64,000 nt of DNA from assembly GCA_963667665.2 (NCBI GenBank), contig OY763927.2, positions 704,001 through 768,000 of the forward strand, given 5' to 3'. The first letter of the stretch is position 1, and each line of letters begins with the position of its first letter. The DNA is from Nitrosopumilus sp. GTDB lineage: Archaea > Thermoproteota > Nitrososphaeria > Nitrososphaerales > Nitrosopumilaceae. Under the pieces are notes generated by a model that worked only from the letters and a program-made list of their open reading frames with translations, ran no database searches and was not told the origin of the DNA. This document shows, piece after piece, positions 8,921 through 17,934 of the stretch. The position numbers were made by a program, and so were the translations under genes.

Positions 8921-9675
8921 TTATGTCCACGTACAGATCTTACTATCTCAGTGGCATCTACTTCACTTTCTGTTATTATGTTCTCTAGTATGCCTGCAAG
9001 TTTTTTAATGGAATATGGCTCTGTTTTTGGAATTGACTTTAGACCAATTATGTTACTAAGTTTTTGTCGAATATTTTCATCCTGAAACGGAAACTCATTA
9101 ACCTGTTCTGTTGAAGAAATTACTGACAAATCTGGTTGTTTTGTTGTAAAGGGGACCACATATTGTAAACTTGGGTTTGCTGCTCTTTCTAACAGCGTTT
9201 GGCGAACATCATGCTTAATTTTACTATTTGTAGTATACTCTGGATATAATGTATATGCATCAGTTATTAGATCGCTTAAAGGACGTTTAAAATAAAAATT
9301 TGTAATAGTTTTAATTTTTTCATAAATTTCTTTGTTAGAATTAATCAAATTTTTAATTATATCTTTACCCTTTTCTGTTAATGAGTACCTGAAATGTTCT
9401 TGTCCAAATGATGATACAGTATTTTCTTCGATCAACTCTTCTTTTGTCATATATTGAACTTCAATTGCTATTTGTTTGGAAAATCCTCCAAAATCATTTG
9501 ATTCCCAGTCATCATACTTTTCTTCTTTTTCAAAAATTATTTTTGTTGAAAGCAATGTTAATTTTTGCAATCTTGTATTTCCGTTTACATATGGTGAAGC
9601 ACCAATAATTGCAAGCAACCACAATGAACGTTCAGTTAGTACCATCATCAACTGTTCCTTACTCTGTATCCACAA
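8917..9675 (-). CDS. Putative antitoxin: YwgA/Panacea(DUF4065)-like wHTH plus VapB-like C-terminal tail
   Basis: GNTRLQKL, DFGGFSKQI (GPxS-like), YSLTEKG, YTLYPEY; C-terminal DATEIVRSVR; directly upstream of the PIN gene. Confidence 0.65.
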   Translation of the reverse strand: MWIQSKEQLMMVLTERSLWLLAIIGASPYVNGNTRLQKLTLLSTKIIFEKEEKYDDWESNDFGGFSKQIAIEVQYMTKEELIEENTVSSFGQEHFRYSLTEKGKDIIKNLINSNKEIYEKIKTITNFYFKRPLSDLITDAYTLYPEYTTNSKIKHDVRQTLLERAANPSLQYVVPFTTKQPDLSVISSTEQVNEFPFQDENIRQKLSNIIGLKSIPKTEPYSIKKLAGILENIITESEVDATEIVRSVRGHN

Positions 9676-9841
9676 TTATCATACCATAATAAGATTTTGG
9701 AAATTCTATTTGTTGATTTTGTTGAAAAATACAACAATTCACCACAATTATTTCTAAGATTACCATTTAAAACTTACTAGAGTTTTGTTTCTCGATTTTG
9801 TATGTCACTATTCAAAATAACACAAAGGAGATTTTGATTAA

Positions 9842-10003
9842 TTATTTATTCAGTAATCTTTTCTCTTGACGTTCCAAACTTCTGCATTTCTTGCAATATG
9901 ATTGAAAATATGAAATTTTGTTTATTAATCTGAATCCAACTTTATCGTTGATTTCTTTTTGACCATAGAATCATTTCCTGCATTTTGGGCACTGATGTTC
10001 CAT
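9842..10003 (-). pseudogene. Small C4 zinc-finger gene with an in-frame TGA
   Basis: MEHQCPKCRK*FYGQKEINDKVGFRLINKISYFQSYCKKCRSLERQEKRLLNK*. Confidence 0.6.
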
Positions 10004-10123
10004 AGTTAATAATAATTTTTAAATAGTATAAACATCGCTAATGATCTGTTCTTTTTTATCAGAAGATCAATTTTTAGAATAGAAATATTTTTAGATCGAT
10101 CTCAAGTATATAATTTTATAAGC

Positions 10124-10330
10124 ATGACTAAGAAAAAGATCGGTAGCGGATATTTCTATGCTGGTGTTGATGAAGAATTTTCTTTATGTTGTATTTTCTT
10201 TTTTCAGTATGTTTGGTCGGGTGAAAATAGAAAATTCTTCAAAGAATATTGTAACACAATGGATGTTTTAACTAATAATCAAGGATTGATTCTTTGTCCT
10301 GACTGTGTATCTAGAAAAATTTCTAATTGA
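10124..10330 (+). CDS. Small Cys-rich hypothetical protein
   Basis: 68-aa ORF with C-terminal CPDC. Confidence 0.45.
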   Translation: MTKKKIGSGYFYAGVDEEFSLCCIFFFQYVWSGENRKFFKEYCNTMDVLTNNQGLILCPDCVSRKISN

Positions 10331-10424
10331 AATCCATTAATTAATTTTCAATATTTTTGATATGAGGAACAAAAATATTTCATTAATTATAACATTTTGT
10401 ACTAAGTAAGATTGATTATTTTAC

Positions 10425-11393
10425 GGCTACATAGAAATCATCAACAAACCCAAAGAAATCAGACACATTCGGTGAGAGTTGTAAGCCAGCACACGATAAA
10501 GTAATTCTTTTGTCTTCATGGCATCATTGTATGATTTGATTTCTGATCCAAACCTTCTTTTGATTACAAAAAATATTGTTTCAGTCTTGTTTCTCTGATG
10601 GTATGTAGCCTCATCAAATTCTCGTCTCATCTCTTTTCTGTACTTTCCCCCTGTTCTACTGATGAGACAGTTCTTGTCCCTTACAGGAATCATCGAATGC
10701 ACATTTTTAGACCGAATCATTTTGTGAATTTGTTCTGAATCATATCCTTTGTCAAGTACCATTGTTTTCATCTTGACAATCTTGCACATCTGAGTGAACA
10801 GTTCCGGGAAATGTTTGATGTCGTGAGATACAGGATGATGTTGGATCACAACTGCACAGATCACTTGCGAGTTCATGTCAGATCCCGCAGACATTTTGGT
10901 AAATCCCTGCCTAATATTGCATCTGTATGTGTAGATGCTGTTGCATGTCTTGTCTCAAATCCTGTTGCATCACACCCTGCAAATATCATACCTGGTGACA
11001 TGATTCCAACAAATCATCCAACTGCAACATGCAACAGTGTGTCACTCAGTCTTGCTGCTGCCTTTTGCAGTGTGGTAAAATGTGGAATTGTTTTTAGTTG
11101 CAATTGTATTGCAATCTCAGTTGCAACTTCAAGCCATTCAACAAAACTCTCATAACTTTTTGACTCGTACTATCTAAGAACCAGCAGTATGATATGCTGG
11201 TGAATAGAAAATGTGTGCTTGGATTTTGGATGCAAAAAATATGGAACACGCATCTTCTTTAGTATGATGGCATGATGTGGATCATGCGTCTGTATTTTTT
11301 GTTCATGAAATGAGAAATGTGTGATGAGTCATTGATCCAAATGATCTAGTTTGATCTACAATATGATGAAATCGGGATGATTTCTAGGAAGCC
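10425..11393 (-). mobile_element. IS5-family IS, copy A (inactivated transposase); left arm of the composite transposon
   Basis: TIRs GGCTACATAGAAATCAT / GGCTTCCTAGAAATCAT; DDE motifs CDATGF, LDKGYDSE, YHQRNKTETIF; nonsense and frameshift lesions. Confidence 0.93.
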
Positions 11394-11438
11394 CATGGAT
11401 AGTGAAGCTTTTAAGGATCCGTACAAGTAATCAATTTT

Positions 11439-14400
11439 GTGAAGACTAAAGCAATTTGCTCTCTCTTCGTACTATTTGCTATCGTAGCTGGAATAGGTAT
11501 GATCATAGTACAAGAAGCAGAAGCTGTAGAAGAACACATGGAAGAAGAAACAATTGAAGTTGGTGACAATGAAGGAATTAGAGCCAATACTGGTTCTATA
11601 TCTTTAGACAGAACTGTCTATCCAGTTCCATTTGGACAACCAGACCAAGGTGAATCTTACTTTGCAGTACATGCTACAGCTATTGGTGACCTTTCTGTTG
11701 CTTCTCCTGGATTACATCTGGATAATGGTGATCTTACTGTCCATATCAGAGTAAATGATCCAGACGCAGATGTTAACCCAGTCGGTGAAGATACAATCGC
11801 CACCAACAGCACAGATGGAGTAGGTCCAGTTAAGATCTCTATACTTAGAGGTTCTAGCTCAATCACACTCGGCTATGCAGGAGGTGATGCAGAAGTAGCA
11901 GGTCCTTTGGGCGTTGATGATTTTGACGCAAAAGCAACCCTGCAACTTGGTCCAATTTCTGAAATTGCACCATCTGCAGGTATCTTCGAATTAGACCTTG
12001 TCATCAGATATACTGATGGTCCTGCAAGTGTAACTTGCCCAGCTACAGAAACCTTCACAAATGTTAATGGCGATGGTGATTCGACTGAACTTAGCAGATT
12101 TTCAACAGAAGCAGCAAGTGGCAGCAATTATTGTATCTTACAAGGAGATATTCTCCAAGTAGAATACACTGATCCAGCCGATGCATCTGGTGGTGTTAAC
12201 ACTGTTACTGACTCTGCTACCTTTGACCTAAGAAACGGTGTATTGCAATCCGACAAATCTGTTTACATTATCGGCTCTGACATGATCTTAACACTCATTG
12301 AACCAGACCTTGATCTGGACAATGACGGTGCTGAGACCTATGACTTGGACTTAATTGAATGGGATTCAGATGCAGCTACCACTACCATGGGTGACCTAGG
12401 TGTTGGTGAGATAGCATTCGACCCAGAACCAACAAACTTTAGAGAAACAGGTGACAGTACTGGTATCTTCCAGATTGTTATCGAGATTCCTGAATCATTA
12501 GATGGTGCTAGCCTTGAAAGAGGTGAGGAAATCACTCTAGAGTATACTGATTGGGGTCCATCAAGAGCTGACTATGTAGGCAATGAAGATGAAGATGTAA
12601 ACATTACTGTTTATACTTCAAGCTTCGGTACAACTGTAGAGCTTGACCAAAAAGTTTACACATGGACTGATAAAGTCTACATTACTATTGTCGCTCCAGA
12701 TCACAACTTTGACGGTGATCTAGTTGACGAAATCGGCGATTCTGCTTCAGACCCAATAAAGGTCTCAACTAGAGGATTCGATCTTGACAACTATAAACTC
12801 GTTGAAACTGGAACTGACACAGGCATCTTCACAGGTGAAGTAATCCTTACAGGATTTTCTGAACATGATGCAGATGGCGATGGTAGTCCAGGCGATGCAT
12901 CAGGCGCTATATCCCTAGATAATGGTGGTCCAACAGATGGGCTGTTACCAACAGATAATGATGACGGACTTACAGTATCCTTTGAATTCTCAGAGGATGA
13001 AACTGTAGTAGGTTCAGCACTTATCAGATGGAACATAGGTGAAACTCAATGGTTAGAAGCAAGTTATCCAGCTAGCGGAACAGGTGTTGTAAGAATAATT
13101 GATCCAGACATGAACTTAAATCCAGAAGCAGTCGACAACTTCAATGTCGATGTGTGGTCTGACTCCGATGCCGGAGGTACTGACCTTACTGTAATTGAGA
13201 CTAATGGGGCAACCGGAATATTCGAAGGTACTGTGTTCTTCACAACTACCGATGAATCATCTGGTCACAGACTCAGAGTCGCAGAAGGTGACACTGTCAC
13301 CGCAGAATATGAGGACAATACACTACCAGATCCGTACACAATTGTAGATGAACTCGATATTGCTGCCACTACACTAATTGGCACTGTAGTACCAGATTCT
13401 CCTCCAACACCTGAATCAACACCTGAATCAACACCTGAATCAACACCTGAATCAACACCTGAATCAACACCTGAATCAACACCTGAATCAACACCTGAAT
13501 CAACACCTGAATCAACACCTGAATCAACACCTGAATCAACACCTGAATCAACACCTGAATCAACACCTGAATCAACACCTGAATCAACACCTGAATCAAC
13601 ACCTGAATCAACACCTGAATCAACACCTGAATCAACACCTGAATCAACACCTGAATCAACACCTGAATCAACACCTGAATCAACACCTGAATCAACACCT
13701 GAATCAACACCTGAATCAACACCTGAATCAACACCTGAATCAACACCTGAATCAACACCTGAATCAACACCTGAATCAACACCTGAATCAACACCTGAAT
13801 CAACACCTGAATCAACACCTGAATCAACACCTGAATCAACACCTGAATCAACACCTGAATCAACACCTGAAACAGAAATTGACCTAAAAGTTTCAGCAGA
13901 TGAGGAAATATATGATCTTGGAGATTCAGTAAGAATTCTAGTAGAAATTGATGGAATCTCAGGCTCACAAAAAGTAGCAATTGATGTAACTGATCCTAGA
14001 GGAATCGCAGTAATTTCACGTTCACTTACACTTTCTTCTAATGATATTAATGAAGAAATTGAATTTAAAATTTTAGAGGATTTCAGAACAGGAACCTACA
14101 AAGTAACTGCAACAACATCTGATGGTGGAAAAACTATCAAAGATACTACCTATTTTAAGATAAAATCACAATTCAATTCATTTAAAATTACAAATGTAGA
14201 TGTAACTGATCAACAAGGGAACCCATCTGACTTGGAAGCAGGAGAGATAGGATTCATTAAAGTATATCTAGAATCAAACAAGTCTATTGCAACTCTAGTT
14301 ACTGTAAATCTCTTTGATGCTGATTTAACAAGCATAGGAATTGGTTCAGTAAAAACTACCCTTTCTTCTGGAACTTCAGAAATTATTTTATCATTTATGA

Positions 14401-14942
14401 TACCTGAAGATGCTGCAATTGGTCCAGCTGATATCTATGTTAATGCGTTTTCTGATTGGCCAAGTACTGGAGGCATTCCACTAACTGGTGAATTCTCAAT
14501 CACTGAATTTATTGGAAATACAAATTCACCTCCTGTTACTATACCAGAACCTGAACCAACCCTTCTACCTACCATTATACCTACTCCAACTATTCAAGAA
14601 TCAGCATTAAATTCAATTGTTAGAACTACAGACAAAGGTACAGTAAATGTAAGATTAACTTATGATGAAATTGAGCCAGACATTCAAACAAAAATAAATA
14701 TTGATTTTATTGATTCTCAAACAGATAAAACACAAGCACATGTTGATTATTTACTTACAGTTTCAAAAGACAGTGAACCTGTTTTTGGATCTACTCATCT
14801 TATTCATACATCTGAAGGCTTTGTAAAAATCCCAATTGAATTTAATCTTGGGAAAGGAGTATATCCAATGAACATTAAAGTAGTAGGAATTTTATTTAAT
14901 CCCATTCCAACAGAAACAGTTTCTTTTAATGTTTTAGTATGA
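11439..14942 (+). CDS. Chimeric S-layer (SlaA-like) surface protein with TPES linker and Ig-like C-terminal domains
   Basis: Signal peptide; SLDRTVYPVPFG, ETGDSTGIFQ, ETGTDTGIFTG, YEDNTLPDPY blocks recognised as Nitrosopumilus SlaA-like; (TPES)38; C-terminal GILFNPIPTETVSF. Confidence 0.85.
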   Translation: MKTKAICSLFVLFAIVAGIGMIIVQEAEAVEEHMEEETIEVGDNEGIRANTGSISLDRTVYPVPFGQPDQGESYFAVHATAIGDLSVASPGLHLDNGDLTVHIRVNDPDADVNPVGEDTIATNSTDGVGPVKISILRGSSSITLGYAGGDAEVAGPLGVDDFDAKATLQLGPISEIAPSAGIFELDLVIRYTDGPASVTCPATETFTNVNGDGDSTELSRFSTEAASGSNYCILQGDILQVEYTDPADASGGVNTVTDSATFDLRNGVLQSDKSVYIIGSDMILTLIEPDLDLDNDGAETYDLDLIEWDSDAATTTMGDLGVGEIAFDPEPTNFRETGDSTGIFQIVIEIPESLDGASLERGEEITLEYTDWGPSRADYVGNEDEDVNITVYTSSFGTTVELDQKVYTWTDKVYITIVAPDHNFDGDLVDEIGDSASDPIKVSTRGFDLDNYKLVETGTDTGIFTGEVILTGFSEHDADGDGSPGDASGAISLDNGGPTDGLLPTDNDDGLTVSFEFSEDETVVGSALIRWNIGETQWLEASYPASGTGVVRIIDPDMNLNPEAVDNFNVDVWSDSDAGGTDLTVIETNGATGIFEGTVFFTTTDESSGHRLRVAEGDTVTAEYEDNTLPDPYTIVDELDIAATTLIGTVVPDSPPTPESTPESTPESTPESTPESTPESTPESTPESTPESTPESTPESTPESTPESTPESTPESTPESTPESTPESTPESTPESTPESTPESTPESTPESTPESTPESTPESTPESTPESTPESTPESTPESTPESTPESTPESTPESTPESTPESTPETEIDLKVSADEEIYDLGDSVRILVEIDGISGSQKVAIDVTDPRGIAVISRSLTLSSNDINEEIEFKILEDFRTGTYKVTATTSDGGKTIKDTTYFKIKSQFNSFKITNVDVTDQQGNPSDLEAGEIGFIKVYLESNKSIATLVTVNLFDADLTSIGIGSVKTTLSSGTSEIILSFMIPEDAAIGPADIYVNAFSDWPSTGGIPLTGEFSITEFIGNTNSPPVTIPEPEPTLLPTIIPTPTIQESALNSIVRTTDKGTVNVRLTYDEIEPDIQTKINIDFIDSQTDKTQAHVDYLLTVSKDSEPVFGSTHLIHTSEGFVKIPIEFNLGKGVYPMNIKVVGILFNPIPTETVSFNVLV
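13407..13871 (+). repeat. Perfect 12-bp coding tandem repeat ACACCTGAATCA x38.75
   Basis: 38 identical units at 13407-13862 plus ACACCTGAA; encodes TPES. Confidence 0.97.
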
Positions 14943-15808
14943 GTTGTAAAATAGAAATGAAAATAATATTTTTTTTGATTCTTTTAACTCCTGTAATGCT
15001 AATACCTGTATTCTCTCAATCACCAATCACATTTGATGTAGATACTACAACGTTTGTTCCAGGAGAAATTGTAGAACTAAAAGGAACCGTAGATATAGGA
15101 CTAGAAGGAAAACTAATAGCAGTTGAAATTAAAGATGCAGAAGGAAATATCATACTAATTAGAACAGTAACTTCAGATATTAATGGAGAATTTACTTTAA
15201 AATTCAAGGTTCCAAGTACTGTAAAAGATGGAGAGTTTGATATAGTAACTAATATAGAAATTGATGGTCAATCATTTTCTGAAACAAAATCTGTTGAAAC
15301 AAAATCTGTTGAAACAAAATCTGTTGAAACAATAAAGATGGATCCTGAACCAAAACCAACTTGTGGTAAAGGAACTGTATTAAAAGATGATATATGTGTA
15401 ATAGATATAAAACAACAACTAGAACCTGAAAAAAATCCTAAAGGTGGTGGTTGTCTAATTGCTACTGCTACATATGGCTCAGAACTAGCTCCACAAGTTC
15501 AATCACTTAGAGAGCTTAGAGACAATTCATTACTAAACACAGAATCAGGATCTACATTTATGGAATTATTCAATAATTTTTACTACTCATTTAGTCCAAT
15601 TATTGCTGATTATGAAAGAGAAAATCCAATATTTCGAGAAGCAATAAAGATTGCAATTACTCCAATGATTACTAGCTTATCTATTTTAAATTATGTCGAT
15701 ATGAATTCAGAAGAATCAGTGTTAGGATATGGGATTAGTTTGATTATATTGAATGGAATGATGTATTTTGGAATTCCTGCTATTATAATTTCGAGAATTA
15801 GAAAATAA
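14939..15808 (+). CDS. CFI-box-CTERM surface protein (probable true start 14957)
   Basis: GGGCLIATATYGSELAPQVQSLRELRDN, C-terminal TM helix, TCGKGTVLKDDICV mini-domain. Confidence 0.9.
   Translation: MSCKIEMKIIFFLILLTPVMLIPVFSQSPITFDVDTTTFVPGEIVELKGTVDIGLEGKLIAVEIKDAEGNIILIRTVTSDINGEFTLKFKVPSTVKDGEFDIVTNIEIDGQSFSETKSVETKSVETKSVETIKMDPEPKPTCGKGTVLKDDICVIDIKQQLEPEKNPKGGGCLIATATYGSELAPQVQSLRELRDNSLLNTESGSTFMELFNNFYYSFSPIIADYERENPIFREAIKIAITPMITSLSILNYVDMNSEESVLGYGISLIILNGMMYFGIPAIIISRIRK
15281..15332 (+). repeat. 15-bp coding tandem repeat GAAACAAAATCTGTT x3.5
   Basis: Encodes ETKSV repeats. Confidence 0.9.
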
Positions 15809-15852
15809 AATTACTCGAAGAATTAAACTAAGAACCATTAAAATAAGATAAA

Positions 15853-16365
15853 TCATTTTCTTTGCCTTAGTTTTGCTTTTTTCAGCAGGACAATTCCAAC
15901 CATGAGCGGCACAGCTCCAATTCCCATTGGAATTAACGCGGAAATCAAAATTATCCTGTGATCTAGTTCTTGCTCAAAACGCTCAGGAGCCAATGCAGAC
16001 AAACCACTTTGTATCCAAGAAATAGCAAAAAATATCAAAATACTTGCCGCTATAATTAACATATATTTTCTAGTTGGAATCTTTTTTATTTTCAAAATTA
16101 TATTTGGTATGATGAACGTTAATGAAATAATTCCCAATATGATTGGTCCTGCAACAAGTATTGAATTAAACGCTAATAGCCTTCCAGCAGAATCATATGC
16201 ATAACTGGGAGACAAGTCTGAATCAAGATCAACTACACCTTCACCATAATCTGTATCTGATTCTGATCTCAAGTTTATTGAATATATCAAAGCAGTAAAA
16301 ACAATCAAACCCAAAAAAATACAAAATGCAATTATTATCAGATATTTAATTTCATCAATCATCAT
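15853..16365 (-). CDS. Hypothetical membrane protein (about 4 TM)
   Basis: Four hydrophobic stretches. Confidence 0.65.
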   Translation of the reverse strand: MMIDEIKYLIIIAFCIFLGLIVFTALIYSINLRSESDTDYGEGVVDLDSDLSPSYAYDSAGRLLAFNSILVAGPIILGIISLTFIIPNIILKIKKIPTRKYMLIIAASILIFFAISWIQSGLSALAPERFEQELDHRIILISALIPMGIGAVPLMVGIVLLKKAKLRQRK

Positions 16366-16568
16366 TTTATTACATGTGTAGGATCTGCTATAATTTTTCT
16401 CAAATCAAAAATTATTTTAGGATAAAACATCTGTGCTTCTATTGTTGTAGAATTAGATAAAACCATATCTTCATAAGTTACAATTAATTTATCTAGTGCT
16501 TTTATGATTTCTTTGCATTGATTCATAAGATATCCTTGAGTAAATACATAGTTATGAGAACAGCTCAT
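16362..16568 (-). CDS. Hypothetical protein
   Basis: 68 aa; ATGA overlaps with both neighbours. Confidence 0.5.
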   Translation of the reverse strand: MSCSHNYVFTQGYLMNQCKEIIKALDKLIVTYEDMVLSNSTTIEAQMFYPKIIFDLRKIIADPTHVIK

Positions 16569-16681
16569 ATCAGTGATGTGAAAAGTAGTGATGAGTTATA
16601 TAAGCAACCTCTAACTCCATCAGGGAAATGATCCCAGCTTGGTTCACCCGTTGCTTCTATATAATAACTATAAGTTCCATC
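16565..16681 (-). pseudogene. 3' remnant of a gene cut by IS copy B
   Basis: Open frame from the IS end: DGTYSYYIEATGEPSWDHFPDGVRGCLYNSSLLFTSLI*; its stop overlaps the ATG of the next gene. Confidence 0.5.
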
Positions 16682-17651
16682 GGCTTCCTAGAAATCATTC
16701 CGATTTCATCATATTGTAGATCAAACTAGATCATTTGGATCAATGACTCATCACACATTTCTCATTTCATGAACAAAAAATACAGACGCATGATCCACAT
16801 CATGCTATCCATACTAAAGAAGATGCGTGTTCCATATTTTTTGCATCCAAAATCCAAGCACACATTTTCTATTCACCAGCATATCATACTGCTGGTTCTT
16901 AGACAGTACGAGTCAAAAAGTTATGAGAGTTTTGTTGAATGGCTTGAAGTTGCAACTGAGATTGCAATACAATTGCAACTAAAAACAATTCCACATTTTA
17001 CCACACTGCAAAAGGCAGCAGCAAGACTGAGTGACACACTGCTGCACGTTGCAGTTGGATGATTTGTTGGAATCATGTCACCAGGTATGATATTTGCAGG
17101 GTGTGATGCAACAGGATTTGAGACAAGACATGCAACAGCATCTACACATACAGATGCAATATTAGGCAGGGATTTACCAAAATGTCTGCGGGATCTGACA
17201 TGAACTCGCAAGTGATCTGTGCAGTTGTGATCCAACATCATCCTGTATCTCACGACATCAAACATTTCCCGGAACTGTTCACTCAGATGTGCAAGATTGT
17301 CAAGATGAAAACAATGGTACTTGACAAAGGATATGATTCAGAACAAATTCACAAAATGATTCGGTCTAAAAATGTGCATTCGATGATTCCTGTAAGGGAC
17401 AAGAACTGTCTCATCAGTAGAACAGGGGGAAAGTACAGAAAAGAGATGAGACGAGAATTTGATGAGGCTACATACCATCAGAGAAACAAGACTGAAACAA
17501 TATTTTCTGTAATCAAAAGAAGGTTTGGATCAGAAATCAAATCATACAATGATGCCATGAAGACAAAAGAATTACTTTATCGTGTGCTGGCTTACAACTG
17601 TCACCGAATGTGTCTGATTTCTTTGGGTTTGTTGATGATTTCTATGTAGCC
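16682..17651 (+). mobile_element. IS5-family IS, copy B (inactivated transposase); right arm of the composite transposon
   Basis: Near-identical inverted copy of 10425-11393; 17-bp TIRs; TGA at 17060-17062 and a frameshift near 17140. Confidence 0.93.
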
Positions 17652-17929
17652 TATTTTACCTCAATGCCATTCCAAAAAGCCACCATTCCCTTAATCTTCA
17701 TGGCGACATCATTTGGTTCTGCATAATACCAAGCGCAATCTTTGTTGGTTTTTCCATTGACTATAATTGAATAATAGTTTGCCATCCCCTTCCAACCACA
17801 AAGTGTAGTCAGTTCAGTCTTTTCAAAAAACTCATTTTTTATTGAATCAAATGGAAAGTAATGATTGCCTTCTACCACAACTGTTTCATCGCTTTCAGCT
17901 ACTACAACATCATTCCAGATAGCTTGCAT
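17651..17929 (-). CDS. DUF427 domain protein
   Basis: VEGNHYFP, CGWKGMANYY, AWYYAEP, IKGMVAFW. Confidence 0.92.
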   Translation of the reverse strand: MQAIWNDVVVAESDETVVVEGNHYFPFDSIKNEFFEKTELTTLCGWKGMANYYSIIVNGKTNKDCAWYYAEPNDVAMKIKGMVAFWNGIEVK

Positions 17930-17934
17930 TCTAA

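Larger units (their letters stand above)
10425..17651. mobile_element. Composite transposon (7227 bp) bounded by inverted IS5 copies
   Basis: 8-bp direct repeat TATTTTAC at 10417-10424 and 17652-17659; the inner flanks are not duplicated. Confidence 0.88.

Noticed and set aside
9971-9973. In-frame TGA as selenocysteine
   Set aside because: It is not at a Cys-ligand position and there is no Sec evidence in the window; a nonsense mutation in a decaying region is simpler.
10811-11155. 114-aa ORFs antisense to both IS copies (also 16921-17265)
   Set aside because: Antisense shadows of the transposase, conserved only because the IS is duplicated.
13407-13871. Possible CRISPR array
   Set aside because: Head-to-tail units with no spacers, in frame inside a CDS, and no cas genes in the window.
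13369-13980. 203-aa (VLIQ)n ORF on the minus strand
   Set aside because: It is the antisense shadow of the stop-free 12-bp TPES repeat.
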